Below the pieces are notes generated by a model that saw only the letters and a list, made by a program, of their open reading frames with translations, searched no databases and was not told the DNA's origin. Positions 25,706 through 38,261 of a DNA stretch of 64,000 bases are shown one piece after another (position 1 is the stretch's first letter; each line of letters starts with the position of its first letter). Origin of the DNA: Chiloscyllium plagiosum. Lineage: Eukaryota. The stretch spans positions 105,106,300-105,170,299 of the forward strand of contig NC_057718.1 of the NCBI RefSeq assembly GCF_004010195.1. The letters are read 5' to 3'. The position numbers were made by a program, and so were the translations under genes.

Positions 25706-27540
25706 GTTGTGGTTCTGTTCACCGAGCTGGAAGTTTTTGTTGCAAACGGTTTGTCCCCTGGCTAGGCGACATCATCAGTGCTTGGGAGCCTCCTGCGAAG
25801 CGCTTCTTTGATGTTTCCTCCAGTGTTTATAGTGGTCTGTCCCTGCCGCTTCCGGTTGTCAGTTTCAGCTGTCCGCTGTAGTGGTTGGTATATTGGGTCC
25901 AGGTCGATGTGTTTGTTGATGGAGTTTGTGGATGAACTCTCAGGGGAATGTAGCATGAGCAGCCAAGTTTCTGGTACCGAGACTGACTCTAATGAAACAA
26001 GGGGTATGTTGTGGTTCTGTTCGCCGAGCTGGAAGTTTTTGTTGCAAACGTTTCGTCCCCTGGCTAGGCGACAGCATCAGTGCTTGGGAGCCTCCTGCGA
26101 AGCGCTTCATTGATGTTTCCTCCGGTGTTNNNNNNNNNNNNNNNNNNNNNNNNNNNNNNNNNNNNNNNNNNNNNNNNNNNNNNNNNNNNNNNNNNNNNNN
26201 NNNNNNNNNNNNNNNNNNNNNNNNNNNNNNNNNNNNNNNNNNNCTTCCGGTTGTCAGTTTTAGCTGTCCGCTGTAGTGGTTGGTATGTTGGGTCCAGGTC
26301 AATGTGTTTGTTGATGGATTTTTTGGTGAATGCCATGCCTCTAGGAATTCCCTGGCTGTTCTCTGTCTGGCTTGCCCTATGATAGTAGTGTTGTCCCAGT
26401 CGAATTCATGTTGCTTGTTGTCTGCGTGTGTGGCTACTAGGGATAGCTGGTCGTGTCGTTTCGTGGCTAGTTGGTGTTCATGTATGCGGATTGTTAGCTG
26501 TCTTCCTGTTTGTTCTATATAGTGTTTTGTGCAGTCCTTGCATGGTATTTTGTACACTACATTAGTTTTGCTCATGTTGGGTCCTTCGTTCTGGTGAGTT
26601 GTTGTCTGAGCGTGGCTGTTGGTTTGTGTGCCGTTATGAGTCCTAGGGGTCGCAGTAGTCTGGCTGTCAGTTCTGAGATGCTCCTGATGTATGGTAGTGT
26701 GGCTAGTCCTTTTGGTTGTGGTTTGTCCTCGTTCTGTGGTCTTTCTCTTAGGCATCTGTTGATTAAGTTGCGCGGGTATCCGTTTTTGGCCTATACAAGG
26801 TATTCGCCAAAAACGGATATCCGCGCAACTTCATCAACAGATGCCTAATAGAAAGACCACGGAACGAGGACATATCACAACCAAAAGGACTAGCCACACT
26901 ACTATACATCAGGAGCATCTCGGAACTGACTGCCAGACTACTGCGACCCCTAGGACTCATAACGGCACACAAACCAACAGCCACGCTCAGACAACAACTC
27001 ACCAGAACGAAGGACCCGATACCCAACATGAGCAAGACGAATGTAGTGTACAAAATACCATGCAAGGACTGCACAAAACACTATATAGGACAAACAGGAA
27101 GACAGCTAACAATCCGCATACATGAATATCAACTAGCCACGGAACGACACGACCAGCTAGCCCTAGTAGCCACACACGCAGACAACAAGCAACATGACTT
27201 CAATTGGGACAACACTACTATCATAGGACAAGCCAGACAGAGAACAGCCAGGGAATTCCTAGAGGCATGGCACTCAGCCACAGACTCTTATCAACAAACA
27301 CATCGACCTGGACCCAATATACCAACCACTACAGCGGACAGCTGAAACTGACAACCGGAAGTGGCAGGGACAGACCACTATAAACACCGGAGGAAACATC
27401 AAAGAAGCGCTTCGCAGGAGGCTCCCAAGCACTGATGATGTCGCCTAGCCAGGGGACGAAACGTTTGCAACAAAAACTTCCAGCTCGGCGAACAGAACCA
27501 CAACAACGAGCACCCGAGCTACAAATCTTCGCACAAACTT
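25706..27540. mobile_element. Compound Penelope/Poseidon-type PLE insertion (tandem plus inverted copies)
   Basis: GIY-YIG motif NVVYKIPC..C...YIGQTGR...RIHEH on both strands; centre of symmetry 26791-26805; 13-bp TSD agaacctcacact at 25693-25705 and 27541-27553. Confidence 0.9.
27429..27468 (+). ncRNA. Minimal type I hammerhead ribozyme motif in PLE repeat
   Basis: GCA-CTGATGA-T-GTCGCCT-AGCC-AGGGGAC-GAAA-C-GTT-TGC; stem I GCA/TGC, palindromic AAACGTTT. Confidence 0.75.
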
Positions 27541-28726
27541 AGAACCTCACACTTCCCACATCGTATTCCATCTGTCACTTCTTTGCCCACTCTCCCAGCC
27601 TATCCAAGTCCTTTTGCAGCCTCCCTGCTTCCTCAACACTCCATCCATGTCTTTGTGTCATCTATAAACTTAGCAAGAATGCCCTCAGTTCTTTCATCCA
27701 TGAACAGTCATAGTCCCAACACAGACCCCTGTAGAACTCCACTACTCAATAGTTGCCATCCTGAAAAGACCCCATTCTTCCTATTGTCTGGCCTCTGACA
27801 GTACCTTGTCCTTAACACCACAGGATTTACCTTATTTCGTAGCCTCCTGTGTAGCACCTTTTTGAAGGCCTTTTGGAAATCCAAATAGATTGTGTCCACT
27901 AGCTCCTTTTTTTTGTCTAACTTGCTTGTTACCTTCTTAAAAAAAATTAAGATTTGTCAGGCATGACCTCCCTTTGACAAAGCTGTGATGGTTGAATCCT
28001 ATTTCGCCATGCACTTTCAAGTACTCTGCAATCTCATCCCAAAGATTCGCTATCCTCTGAGAGAAATTCCTGCTTATCTCTGTTTTAAATGTGTGCCCCC
28101 TTGTCCTGAGATTATGCCCTACAAGAAAACACAGAGGAAGAGGTCTGCTATTCAGCCCATTGAGTCTATTCCACCATTCATTGAGATCATGACCAATCTG
28201 ATAATCTTCAACTTTATTTTCCTGTCCTTTCCCCATAACTCTTACTTCCCTTCCTGCTGTGCCTATCTCAGCCTGAATATACTCAACAACCCAGCCTCAA
28301 CTGCCATCTGCGATAAAGAATTCCACATATTCGTTAGCCTCAGAGAAGAAATTACTCGTTATCCCCGTCTTAAATGAGCGACCTCTTACTCTAAGAATTT
28401 GTTTGCCCAGGTGGGAGAGTCTGGGATTAGAGAGCAATCTTTCCACATCTCTAACCCTGCTAAACCCTAGGAATCTCATGTTTCAATGACCCTTTGTGCA
28501 GTGGAATATGAATCCTTTGGGACCCGGGGGTGAATAGAGATCTACTAAACCACAACTGAAACCCAAGTTAGCAGAATTTGATAAGGGGGGGCAGGTTGAC
28601 ATATCAGCCTTGTTTTTCAGTTGTGCCTGTGAACAGATTAGTTTGACAGCAGTGTCCAGTTGCCCCGCTGTGGGTTTGTAAATCCATTTCTTCCATTCAC
28701 AAGAACAGCTGCAACATGCCTGCACC

Positions 28727-29240
28727 CCAATTGGCTGGTGTCACTGTCAATCAGATCGGGTGACGTAGCGGGCCCGGGCCCCGCCCCTGGCGCCTACGCG
28801 GCGCCTGCCGGGACGGGCCGGGGGGAGTGGGAGGACTGACTGGGAGGACCGATGGTGGCTCCGGGCGGCAGCAGGAGCAGGTGAGGGTTCGAGGCGCTCG
28901 CTGGCTCGGCTCGGGGCGGATGAGGGATGAGGGATGAGGGTGCCCAGGTGAGGGGCTACTCCCTGACCGGATGCCCACCTCCTGGTGGTTGTGGGGCCTG
29001 GTTCCGGACAGGACCGGCTCGGCTCGGCTCGGGACGGGACGTTAGGCCGCGGAGCCGGGGCTTCTGGTTTCTCCGGCTTCGTGTAGGGGGGAGAGGGTCA
29101 GCGGACACCGCTTCCAGATACCCCCCAATACCACCCGCCCCGCCTTTCCCCAGGGTTAGACACACACCGGGCTCGCAGAATCAACACAGAGTGACCGCTC
29201 AGCCCATCCTGGCTATACTAGCCCCCCTCCCCTCCTGATC
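28727..29240 (+). promoter_or_regulatory. VPS54: CpG-island promoter of VPS54
   Basis: The only clearly GC/CpG-rich non-repeat tract in the window; CCAAT (28727-28734, both strands), TGATTGACAG on - strand (28744-28753), CRE-like TGACGTAG (28761-28768), GC box (28778-28787). Confidence 0.8.
28800..28880 (+). other. VPS54: Putative non-coding exon 1 of VPS54 (start approximate)
   Basis: Consensus donor cag|gtgagg at 28880/28881 just after the promoter motifs; second possible donor at 28947/28948. Confidence 0.55.
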
Positions 29241-30143
29241 AACAACAAAAACAGACAGGTCTGTGCAGAGAAACCAGGGTTAACCTTTCGGGCCGGGTGA
29301 CCCTCCCCATCCTGATGTCTTCCTCCTATATCTTATTCTTCCTGTTGTTGTAATCTCTCCCCTGAGCTGGTGCAAGACCCATATACTGTGTTCCTCCTGA
29401 TTTGGGATTTGTTTGGATTCTTTGGAAGATATTCTTAATAAAATATCCAAATGGTTCATGCAATGCCGCAGTACACAGGAGGCCATTTGGTCCATCATAC
29501 CTGTCCAGGCTCTTTTGAAGAGGCAGCCACTCAGTTGTGATAATGGATCCCCAAAAGATGTCTCCTCTTCCGGGAGAGACTAGAACTGGGGAGCACAGTT
29601 TCAGAACAAGTAATATAAGCAGAATGTGTTGGAGAAACTCAGCAAGCCCAACAATATCCCTGGTGAGAAAGAAACAGGTAACATTTTGAGTCCAAAGATT
29701 TCTTCAGAGCCAAGAGATCTCCCGTTTAAAACCGATGAGGTTCTTTTTGTCTGTCAGCAGACTATTAGTCTGTGGAATTCTCTCCCCCAGAAAGCAGTGA
29801 AGGCTGGAATATCGAATGTATTCAAGGCTGAGTTAGATAGAGTTTTGATAAACATGGGAGTTGAGGATTATGAGCGTAGATAGGAAAGTGGAGCTGAGAT
29901 CACTTGTTAATGAATGGTGATGCAGACCCAATTAGCCTAATTCAGCTGCTATATCTTATGGTCTAATGGATACTGGTTTCCTTAGCAATGCCTTAGTTTT
30001 AAAATTCTCTTCGTTGTTTTCAAATCTATCTTGACCCTCCCTTTCTTGGAAATCTCATTCAGCCCTCCAGATATGACGTCTTGAACATCCTGATTTTAAT
30101 TCCTTCCTATTGGCAGTCAGACCCATTTGATCATGGCTGTTAT

Positions 30144-30430
30144 TAGATTCCCTTTGGCCCAACAGGTCCACACCGACCCTCCGAAGGGTAACCCACCCAG
30201 ATCCATTCCCCTACCCTATATTGTACCTAACACTATGGGCAGTTTAGCATGGCCAATTCATCTGATCAGCACATCTTTGGATTGTGGGAGGAAACCAGAG
30301 CACTTGGAGGAAACCCATGTAGTCTTGGGGAGAATGTACAAACTCCACACAGACATTTGCCTGAGGTGAGAATCGAACCTGGGTCGCTGGCACTGTGAGA
30401 CAGCAGTGCTACCACTGAGCCACTGTGCTG
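30144..30430 (-). mobile_element. V-SINE (HE1-like)
   Basis: A/B boxes and V-domain. Confidence 0.85.
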
Positions 30431-30442
30431 CCCCTGGTTTTC

Positions 30443-31060
30443 AATGCCTTCCACATGCATCAGAGATTTACCTGCACTTGTCATTTACTGTATCCATTGC
30501 TCCTGATGCGGTCTCCTCTACACTGGGGAGACAGGACGCCTATCTGCAGAGTACTTCAGAGAACATCTCCAGGACACCCGCACCAACCAACCCCACTGCT
30601 CCATGGCCGAACACTTCAACTCGCCATTCCGCTCTGCCAAGGACATGCAGGTCCTGGGCCTCCTCCATCACCACACTCTAACCACCCAACGCCTGGAGGA
30701 AGAACACCTCATCTTCTGCCTTGGGACCTTCCAACCACACAGCATCAATGTAGACTTCACCAGTTTCCTAATTTTCCCCTCCCACACCTTAACCCAGTTC
30801 CAACCTTCCAACTTGGCACTGCTCTCATGACCTGCTAATCTTCCTTCCCACCTATATGCTCCACCCTCCTCTCTGACCTATCACCTTTACCTCCATCTCC
30901 GTCTACCTATCGCACTCCCAGCTACCTACCCCTCTCCCACTTATCTCTCCACCCCCTCTGCTCACAAGCTCCCTTCCTGATGAAGGGCTTTTGCCTGAAA
31001 TGTCAATTTTACTGCTCCTCGGATGCTGTTGGGCTTTTCCAGCACCACGCTCTTGACTCC
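30443..31060 (+). mobile_element. Neptune-type PLE 3' fragment (GIY-YIG C-terminus plus hammerhead tail)
   Basis: AEHFNSP..S.KDMQVLGL...RLEEEHLIF.LGT.QP; CTGATGA-A-GGGC-TTTT-GCCT-GAAATGTC at 30977-31004. Confidence 0.8.
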
Positions 31061-34000
31061 AAAATGTTTCTCAACTCCATTCTCCTGATTTCTCCTTGTA
31101 ACCCTTGATCTTCCTAATCAGGAACCCACCTGTCTCTGTCTTAATGACATTCAATGACTTGGCGCCCACAGTCTTCTGCAGCAATGAGTTCCATGGGTTC
31201 ACCACCCTCTTCACTCTAAATCTTTTATGCGTCATATTCCTGTTTAGAAAATAGTTTACACCTCTATTCTTCCTACCAAAATGCATAACCTCACAATTTC
31301 TCACATTGTATTCCATCTGCCACTGACCTAACCTGTCCAAGACCTGTAGCCTTCCTGCTTCTTCAATGCTATCTGTCCCTCTACCTATCTTTGTATCACC
31401 TGCAAGTTTAGGAATGTTAATGAGCTTCGAGATGATGGGGTGAACTGGATTTGGTGCACATTAGGACATGTATAACTGAGCATTGGGTGAGCATGAAGGC
31501 TGGAAGTTGAGAGGAGTGTGTTGGCATAGTCATGTCTAAGTTGCAAAAGTCACAGAGAAAGGTTTAAGTTACTGAGGAGCTGGATGTTGTTACAGAAATG
31601 AAATTGTCTGTTTCTCTGATGATGTGAATATGTGATTCAAGTATTAATTTAATCAAATGTTGTATTATAAACTTGTGATGGATATATGTTTGTGTCCAGA
31701 AAAAATTTAGTTAAAAATCATGTTAAATGAATCTTTCTTCTTTTGGATTTTTCTAAATGAATGGTACATAGCTGATATCGGTTGACTTTCCATCTAATTG
31801 GCTCAAGCATAATAGGCTGAATGGCTGCCCGCTGTTTCGTATCTTTCAAATATCACAAGGTGATGCTAGGCTAATCCTGTTTATTTTCAGGCAGCTTGTG
31901 AGGTGAATGTATTATTAATAATGTAAATTGTTGATGCCAATTCTGGTTTTTTAAATGATTTTAAATGAGAACAATTGATGAAGGTACTATAGTTCTGTAG
32001 ATGGTGCCTGTAAGATTAACATCTACATTTTAATGCCTGCTTTGAGCAATTAACAGTAGGAGCAGGGACTACACATATTGCTTCTGAAGTGTACGCAGCT
32101 TATAACACAATGTAAGCAGTGGAAGCGGGGCGACTATTCAGCTCTTTGAGCCCACTTCTTATTTTGAATCCTGTGTGGAGGTCACCCTGACGTTTAGTTC
32201 CTGTAGCTGAGGTGAAATGTTGATTACATGCAGCTCCTTGATAGTGTCATTCTGCAATTTGCCAGAATCCATGTGGCAACATGGCAGCCAAGAGCTGAGG
32301 GGAGCCACCAATTTGGCAAGCATCTGGCAATCTGTTGGCTTTGGTTTGATTCTTAATAATTAATTAATTATTTGGAATTCTGCCAATGTTTTACATAATG
32401 TCTTGTCAAATTTCCAGTGAGACTTATGAAATATGTTGCAAGTCTGCTATTGTGGCCATAGATTTATTCTGTCCTCTGCAAAAAAAAGAGTCCCAGTATG
32501 TCTGGTCTCTCCTCTCGGCTAGAGCCTCTTATTCCTGATATCATCCTGTGCACACCTTCTCAATGACCCTTGCGTTCTTCATGAAGGAAAACACCAAAAA
32601 CTGAACAGCATATGCATATTGAAATAATGAATGAGTTTCTATTAATACGGTATTCTAGCTAAGTCTAACAATGATTTGCATAGATTTAGCATAACTTATC
32701 ACTTGCTTGTGCAGTCTGACTGTGTTTGAGACTTCATAAGTTTTTAAAACAGCTTTACCAATCTACCATTCCAGCCAAAGGTTAAATATGTGAACCATCT
32801 CCCACTTTTAAAGTCCTACCCTTGAGGTTGTTCATCCTCTCTTTAATCTTTCATATAAAACATAACATTCTTTATTCCAAAGAGCAATCATAATGGACTC
32901 AGTGTTAACCTTGTTTCTCTCTCCACAGCTGCTGACAGACCAATGGCGTTTCTTTCACACTTTCTGTTCTTATTTCAGATTTTCAGCACTGGCAGTATTT
33001 TGCTTTTATTACCACTCCCACAATTAATTTCATCATTTATCTGCCTGACTGGATGAGATGTCAGTATCTTCCTGAAATTGATTACAATCTGCTTCAGTTC
33101 GTCATGTTTCTTATTTGTGTGACATCTGCAAGTGCTGCAATGCTTCACCAAGTACGCAGGTTCCAAGGATTAATGTATGTTAACTAAGAAGGGGAATGGT
33201 CCCAACGCAGACTGCTGGTGTGCCTCACAGCTTACTTTGTAAACTGTGACAATGTTGCTATTTTGTCAGCATAGATAGTGTGAATATCAGGCTTGCTGAT
33301 GGCTGACTTACTATCCCAGTGGTTTTGGTTTCAGTTTGGCTGATATGGTTCTGTTTTTAGTGTACTGGGCACGCCTAACTGTGTCTTATAACAGCTTAAT
33401 TTTGCATGAATTTGGGCTTTTGCTCATTATTAATTTACCAGATTACTAAGATCCAGAAAGTGTGTTTCTGAAATTAAAAAAATAATTTCAATAAATTGTC
33501 AAACACAATTATTTAGAATTTAATGTTTTTTTGAAGGATTATGTTTGGCTACATTAGGTTTTGTTTTCAATGACTTGTTCGAGAATGTGTTGCTCCAAGT
33601 GTATTATTTTTCTGAAGCTACTAAATATAATGTTTTCGTTTGATATAATTCCCTCTTGCGGGGTGTGTTGAGAAGCTAGTGAAGGAAGCAGTAGGTTCCT
33701 GGGTACGTTATTTTGAAATCCTCTTGTTCATAAAAGGGCCAAGTCTCTCTCTGAGGCAAGTTCAATGATATAAAGTCGTTTCCAAGTGTCGCTTGTTTTC
33801 TCTCAGTTTATACATTGCAGTATGGACAGAGAAAGTCAATAGGCATTAAGGTACCTTTAGTTGTTTTTAGGTCTTACGAAAATGTCCTAGGCAAGTTGCA
33901 ACTGAGAGGCCATATTTATCTCTCAATATTGAGCAGGATTGGAGCTCTGTTCTCTCGAAAAGAGAAGACTGAAAGGTGACCTGAACAAAATATTTCAGAT

Positions 34001-34348
34001 TATGAACAGTTTTATTAAAAGCCTCCACTTGCAGTCAAGGTCAAAACCAGAGCTTAGAAATACAAGAGAGCTACTAATAAGTCCAGTAAGAAATTTGGGA
34101 GAAATTTCTTTACCCACATAGTGATGAGAATTTGCAGTTCACTTCCCACAAGAGAGTAGTTTAGGTATTTAGTACTGATACTGTACAAGATGTATTTAAG
34201 AAGCTGCTAGATAACCAGATGCCAGCAGTTGGAATGTAAGGATGAAGTAGAGTGTTGGGAGGTTCATGTGGCGTACAAACACCATTTGGGTCAAATGGCT
34301 TGTTGCTTTACTGTAAATGCAGTGTAATAAGGTGAATCTAAATTCTTT

Positions 34349-34729
34349 GAGGAGAAAGTGAGGTCTGCAGATGCTGGAGATCAAAGTTGAAACTTTATTG
34401 CTGGAACAGCACAGCAGGTCAGGCAGCATCCAGGGAACAGGAGATTCGACGTTTCGGGCACAGGCCCTTCTTCAGGAATGAGCAGAGAGTGTTCAGCAGG
34501 AGAAGATAAAAGGTAGGGAGGAGGGACTTGGAGGAGGGGCGTTGGAAAAGGAGATGACCTGGGGTGTGCAGTGAGAGAGGGACTCACTGAAATCTTTGTA
34601 GAGAGAGGCAGAGAGCTTCTTCAAGGAAGGCATCCTTGTAAGAGGATTCGCAGTAGGTTGAAATCTTCGAGGAGAAAGTGAGATCTGCAGATGCTGGAGA
34701 TCAAAGTTGAAACTTTATTGCTGGAAAAG
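34349..34729 (-). mobile_element. Internally deleted PLE derivative, tandem with 320-bp period, running into a gap
   Basis: gaggagaaagtgag...ctttattgctgga occurs at 34349 and again at 34669. Confidence 0.75.
34444..34479 (-). ncRNA. Minimal type I hammerhead ribozyme motif
   Basis: ATTC-CTGAAGA-A-GGGC-CTGT-GCCC-GAAA-C-GTC-GAAT; 4-bp stem I, 4-bp stem II, GUC cleavage triplet. Confidence 0.78.
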
Positions 34730-35229
34730 NNNNNNNNNNNNNNNNNNNNNNNNNNNNNNNNNNNNNNNNNNNNNNNNNNNNNNNNNNNNNNNNNNNNNNN
34801 NNNNNNNNNNNNNNNNNNNNNNNNNNNNNNNNNNNNNNNNNNNNNNNNNNNNNNNNNNNNNNNNNNNNNNNNNNNNNNNNNNNNNNNNNNNNNNNNNNNN
34901 NNNNNNNNNNNNNNNNNNNNNNNNNNNNNNNNNNNNNNNNNNNNNNNNNNNNNNNNNNNNNNNNNNNNNNNNNNNNNNNNNNNNNNNNNNNNNNNNNNNN
35001 NNNNNNNNNNNNNNNNNNNNNNNNNNNNNNNNNNNNNNNNNNNNNNNNNNNNNNNNNNNNNNNNNNNNNNNNNNNNNNNNNNNNNNNNNNNNNNNNNNNN
35101 NNNNNNNNNNNNNNNNNNNNNNNNNNNNNNNNNNNNNNNNNNNNNNNNNNNNNNNNNNNNNNNNNNNNNNNNNNNNNNNNNNNNNNNNNNNNNNNNNNNN
35201 NNNNNNNNNNNNNNNNNNNNNNNNNNNNN

Positions 35230-36345
35230 GGGATGTTGCAGGTTACAGAGGGACACAGGTAAGCTGCAGAGCTGGACTGAGAGGTGGCAAATGGAGTTTA
35301 ATGTGTAAAAGTGTGAGGTGATTCACTTTGGAAGGAGCAATAGGAATAAAGAGTACTGGGGTAATGGTAAGATTCTTGGTAGTGTGGATGAGCAGAGGGA
35401 TCTCAGTGTCCATGTACATAGGTTCCTGAAAGTTGGCACCCAGGTTGATGCGGTTGTTAAGAGGGCATAGGGTGTGTTGGTTTTTATTGGTAGAGAGATT
35501 GTGTTTCAGAGCCATGAGGTCATGCTGCAGCTGTACAAAACTCTGGTAGGGCTGCGTATAGGTCTGGTCACCGCATTGTAGGAAGGATGTGGAAGCTTTG
35601 CAAAAGGTTCAGAGATTCATTAGGATGTTGCCTTGTATGGAGGGAAGGTCTTACGAGGAAATGTTGAGGGACTTGAGGCTGTTTTTGTTAGGGAGAAGGT
35701 GATTGAGAGGTGAATTAATTGAGATATATGAGATAATCAGAGGGTTTGATAGGTTGGACAGCGAGGGCCTTTTACCTTAGATGGTGATCGCTGGCATGAG
35801 GGAACATAGCTTTAACTTGAGGGGTGATAGATATAGGACAGAGTCAGAGATAGTTTCTTTACTCAGAGTAGTAGGGGCGTGGAATGGCCTGCCCACCAAC
35901 TTTAAGGGCATTTAAATGGTCATTGGGTAAATGTATGGATGAGAATGGAATAGTGTATGTTAGATGGGCTTCAGATTGATTCCACAGGTCAGTGCAACAT
36001 CCAGAGCCAAAGGGCCTGGACTGCGCTGTTATGTTCTGTATCTTTTCCTCAGGGTTGAGGAGTCCAAAACTAGAGATCATCAGTTGAAGGTAAGAAGAGA
36101 TTGAAGGGGCAATTTTTTCAAGCAAAGGGTGGTGTGTGTAAGGAATAAGCTGCCAGAGGAAGTGTTGGAGACTGGTACAGTTACAACATTTGAGAGATAT
36201 CTGGATGGGTACGTGATTAAGAAGTGTTTAGAAGGATATGGGCCAAATGCTGGTAAATTGGACAAGATTAATTTAGGATATCTGATTGTCATGGACAATT
36301 TGGATCGAAAGGTCTGTTTCTGTGCCATACATCTCTATGACGCTG
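35230..36345 (+). mobile_element. CR1 LINE 3' regions (two tails)
   Basis: WQMEFNV.KCEV motif and CR1 3' UTRs. Confidence 0.85.
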
Positions 36346-36639
36346 TTAAAAAGAAATGATTTACATTTTGGTCAATTTACGATTTTGTAAATATGTATGT
36401 TCCAAATTCTCATCAAATACCAATTGGCATTTTCCTGTTGCCCGCTGATGAAGTAATATAGCTGTAACAATAAAATGAGGGTACAGTTATAGTATAGGTT
36501 GCCTAATTGTAGAGTATATCTAAACTGTCTGAATCCCAAAACTATTGTTTGTTTCTGATTTTCCTTTTAAGTCAATGCTACGTTGAGTTTGATTGAGTTT
36601 CTGCTTTTGCTGAGCCAAACAAGGCAACTTGTGTTAAAG

Positions 36640-36769
36640 GAGAAAGTGAGGTCTGCAGATGCTGGAGATCAGAGCTGAAAATGTGTTGCTGGAAAAACGC
36701 AGCAGGTCAGGCAGCATCCAGGGAACAGGAGAATCGACGTTTCGGGCATAAGCCCTTCTTCAGAAATCA
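36640..36769 (-). mobile_element. Short hammerhead-bearing PLE derivative with 9-bp TSD
   Basis: Core CTGAAGA-A-GGGC-TTAT-GCCC-GAAACGTC (36736-36763); TSD gtgttaaag at 36631-36639 and 36770-36778. Confidence 0.85.
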
Positions 36770-37234
36770 GTGTTAAAGAGATGCTGAACTCTTCAAACCC
36801 TTAATCCCTTTAAAACACTGGTTCAAAGTTTGTTTTCCTTGAGTATCACAAGTGTTTGGAACTCTTCTGAAAAGCTGATAGCAGGCATTGAATATTGGTA
36901 AGACAAAGGTAGATGGTTTCTTGTTAAGCAAAGGGGTGAAAAGTGTCAGGGTGAGATGTAGATTTCAGATTACATTCAGGTTCGCCATGGTTTTATTGAA
37001 TATGGAGCAGGCTTGGAGCTGAATGACTTACTCCTGCTCCTTGTTTCTATGTCATGTGATGGATGCAGAGGAATATCAATCAAACTTTATTGTAAAAGAA
37101 TTGTGATCTGATTGCAGATATATATTTAGTTTTAAAGAAGACTGCATGGAGAAAAATTCAGATGCACTTCTAGACAGGTCACTAACCACATTGGATTTAT
37201 TAATTCAGTTTTATCTTTGGTTGGTTTTATCTTC

Positions 37235-37325
37235 CTGAAGAAGGGCTTATCCCCGAAACGTCGGTTCTCCTGTTCCTTGGATGCTGCCTGACCTGCTGCG
37301 CTTTTTCAGCAACACATTTTCAGCT
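37235..37325 (+). mobile_element. Short hammerhead-bearing PLE derivative with 14-bp TSD
   Basis: Core at 37235-37262 (one stem II mismatch); TSD ttggttttatcttc at 37221-37234 and 37326-37339. Confidence 0.85.
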
Positions 37326-38122
37326 TTGGTTTTATCTTCTGCCCTGCAAATAGCTTCCTATGTGCTGTAAATGTTGTACATTTTCTGTGATTCAATCCAA
37401 ACATCATATAAGAACATAATTTTTTCTTATTTCACAAATCATCATACTTCCCTCTCTGTAAAATATCTGTATTCGATTATTTCTAGACTTGAGGTCAATG
37501 AACACCTCACTTAAAACTCCCCATTTGTACAGCTGATGTGATAAGCAGTATCATTGAAACCTATCAATATTTTGAAAATCTGAGTCACGTTTTTGAAATG
37601 CGAGCAAATTTGACATCCTTAAGTTTGCAATATAACTGAATTATGGATACTGCTGTCACTTTCACATAGGGAATGTAAGGGCTTGACTGACTTCCTTTGT
37701 TTAAACATTGTCAAAATAAATTCTATTTCATGTCATTTGGTGAAAATTAACAATAAAACAAGACCGTTACACCCACTAAAATTTTACTTTAGATGTCTTC
37801 ACCCAGAGAATGGTGGGCCTGTGGGATTCACTGCTGCAGAAAGTGGTTAAGGCCACTCGAGCAGGAGGTAAACATAGCACTTGTGGTTAAAATGATCAAG
37901 CAAAATGGGGGGGGGGATGGGGAGGGCAGGATTAGTGTATTGAACTCAATCAACAGCAATGATCATAATGAATTCTGGACCAGGCTTGAGAGGTCGAATG
38001 GCCTACTCAAGAAATTGCTATCAAGAGAAACTGTAAATGCAAGATAAGTTTGTTATTTTTAATTAAGTTATTTTTCTTTTCTATCTGTACAGCTAGGCAC
38101 CTTCTTGTGATGCCCAAGTACA

Positions 38123-38261
38123 ATGGCTTCAAGCCATAGTTCTCCACCAGTGCTCCGACCAAGCAGCAGTGATGGAAAGTTCAAAAAGGAAATGGACCCA
38201 TCTAAAAAGTCTTTCAAAGCTGTTCGATCATTACCAGATGTCTGTCCCAAGGAGCCAACAG
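38123..38261 (+). CDS. VPS54: VPS54 (GARP complex subunit) exon 2, start (MASSHSSPPV...SLPDVCPKEPT)
   Basis: Matches VPS54 N-terminus; acceptor cag at 38090-38092, strong Kozak acaATGg, donor g|gtaac. Confidence 0.95.

Noticed and set aside
28751..29238. Pro/Arg/Gly-rich ORFs as protein genes
   Set aside because: Expected by-product of GC-rich CpG-island sequence; no recognisable homology
34621..35321. 200-340 aa ORFs here and at 52382-53449
   Set aside because: Mostly X residues translated from assembly gaps
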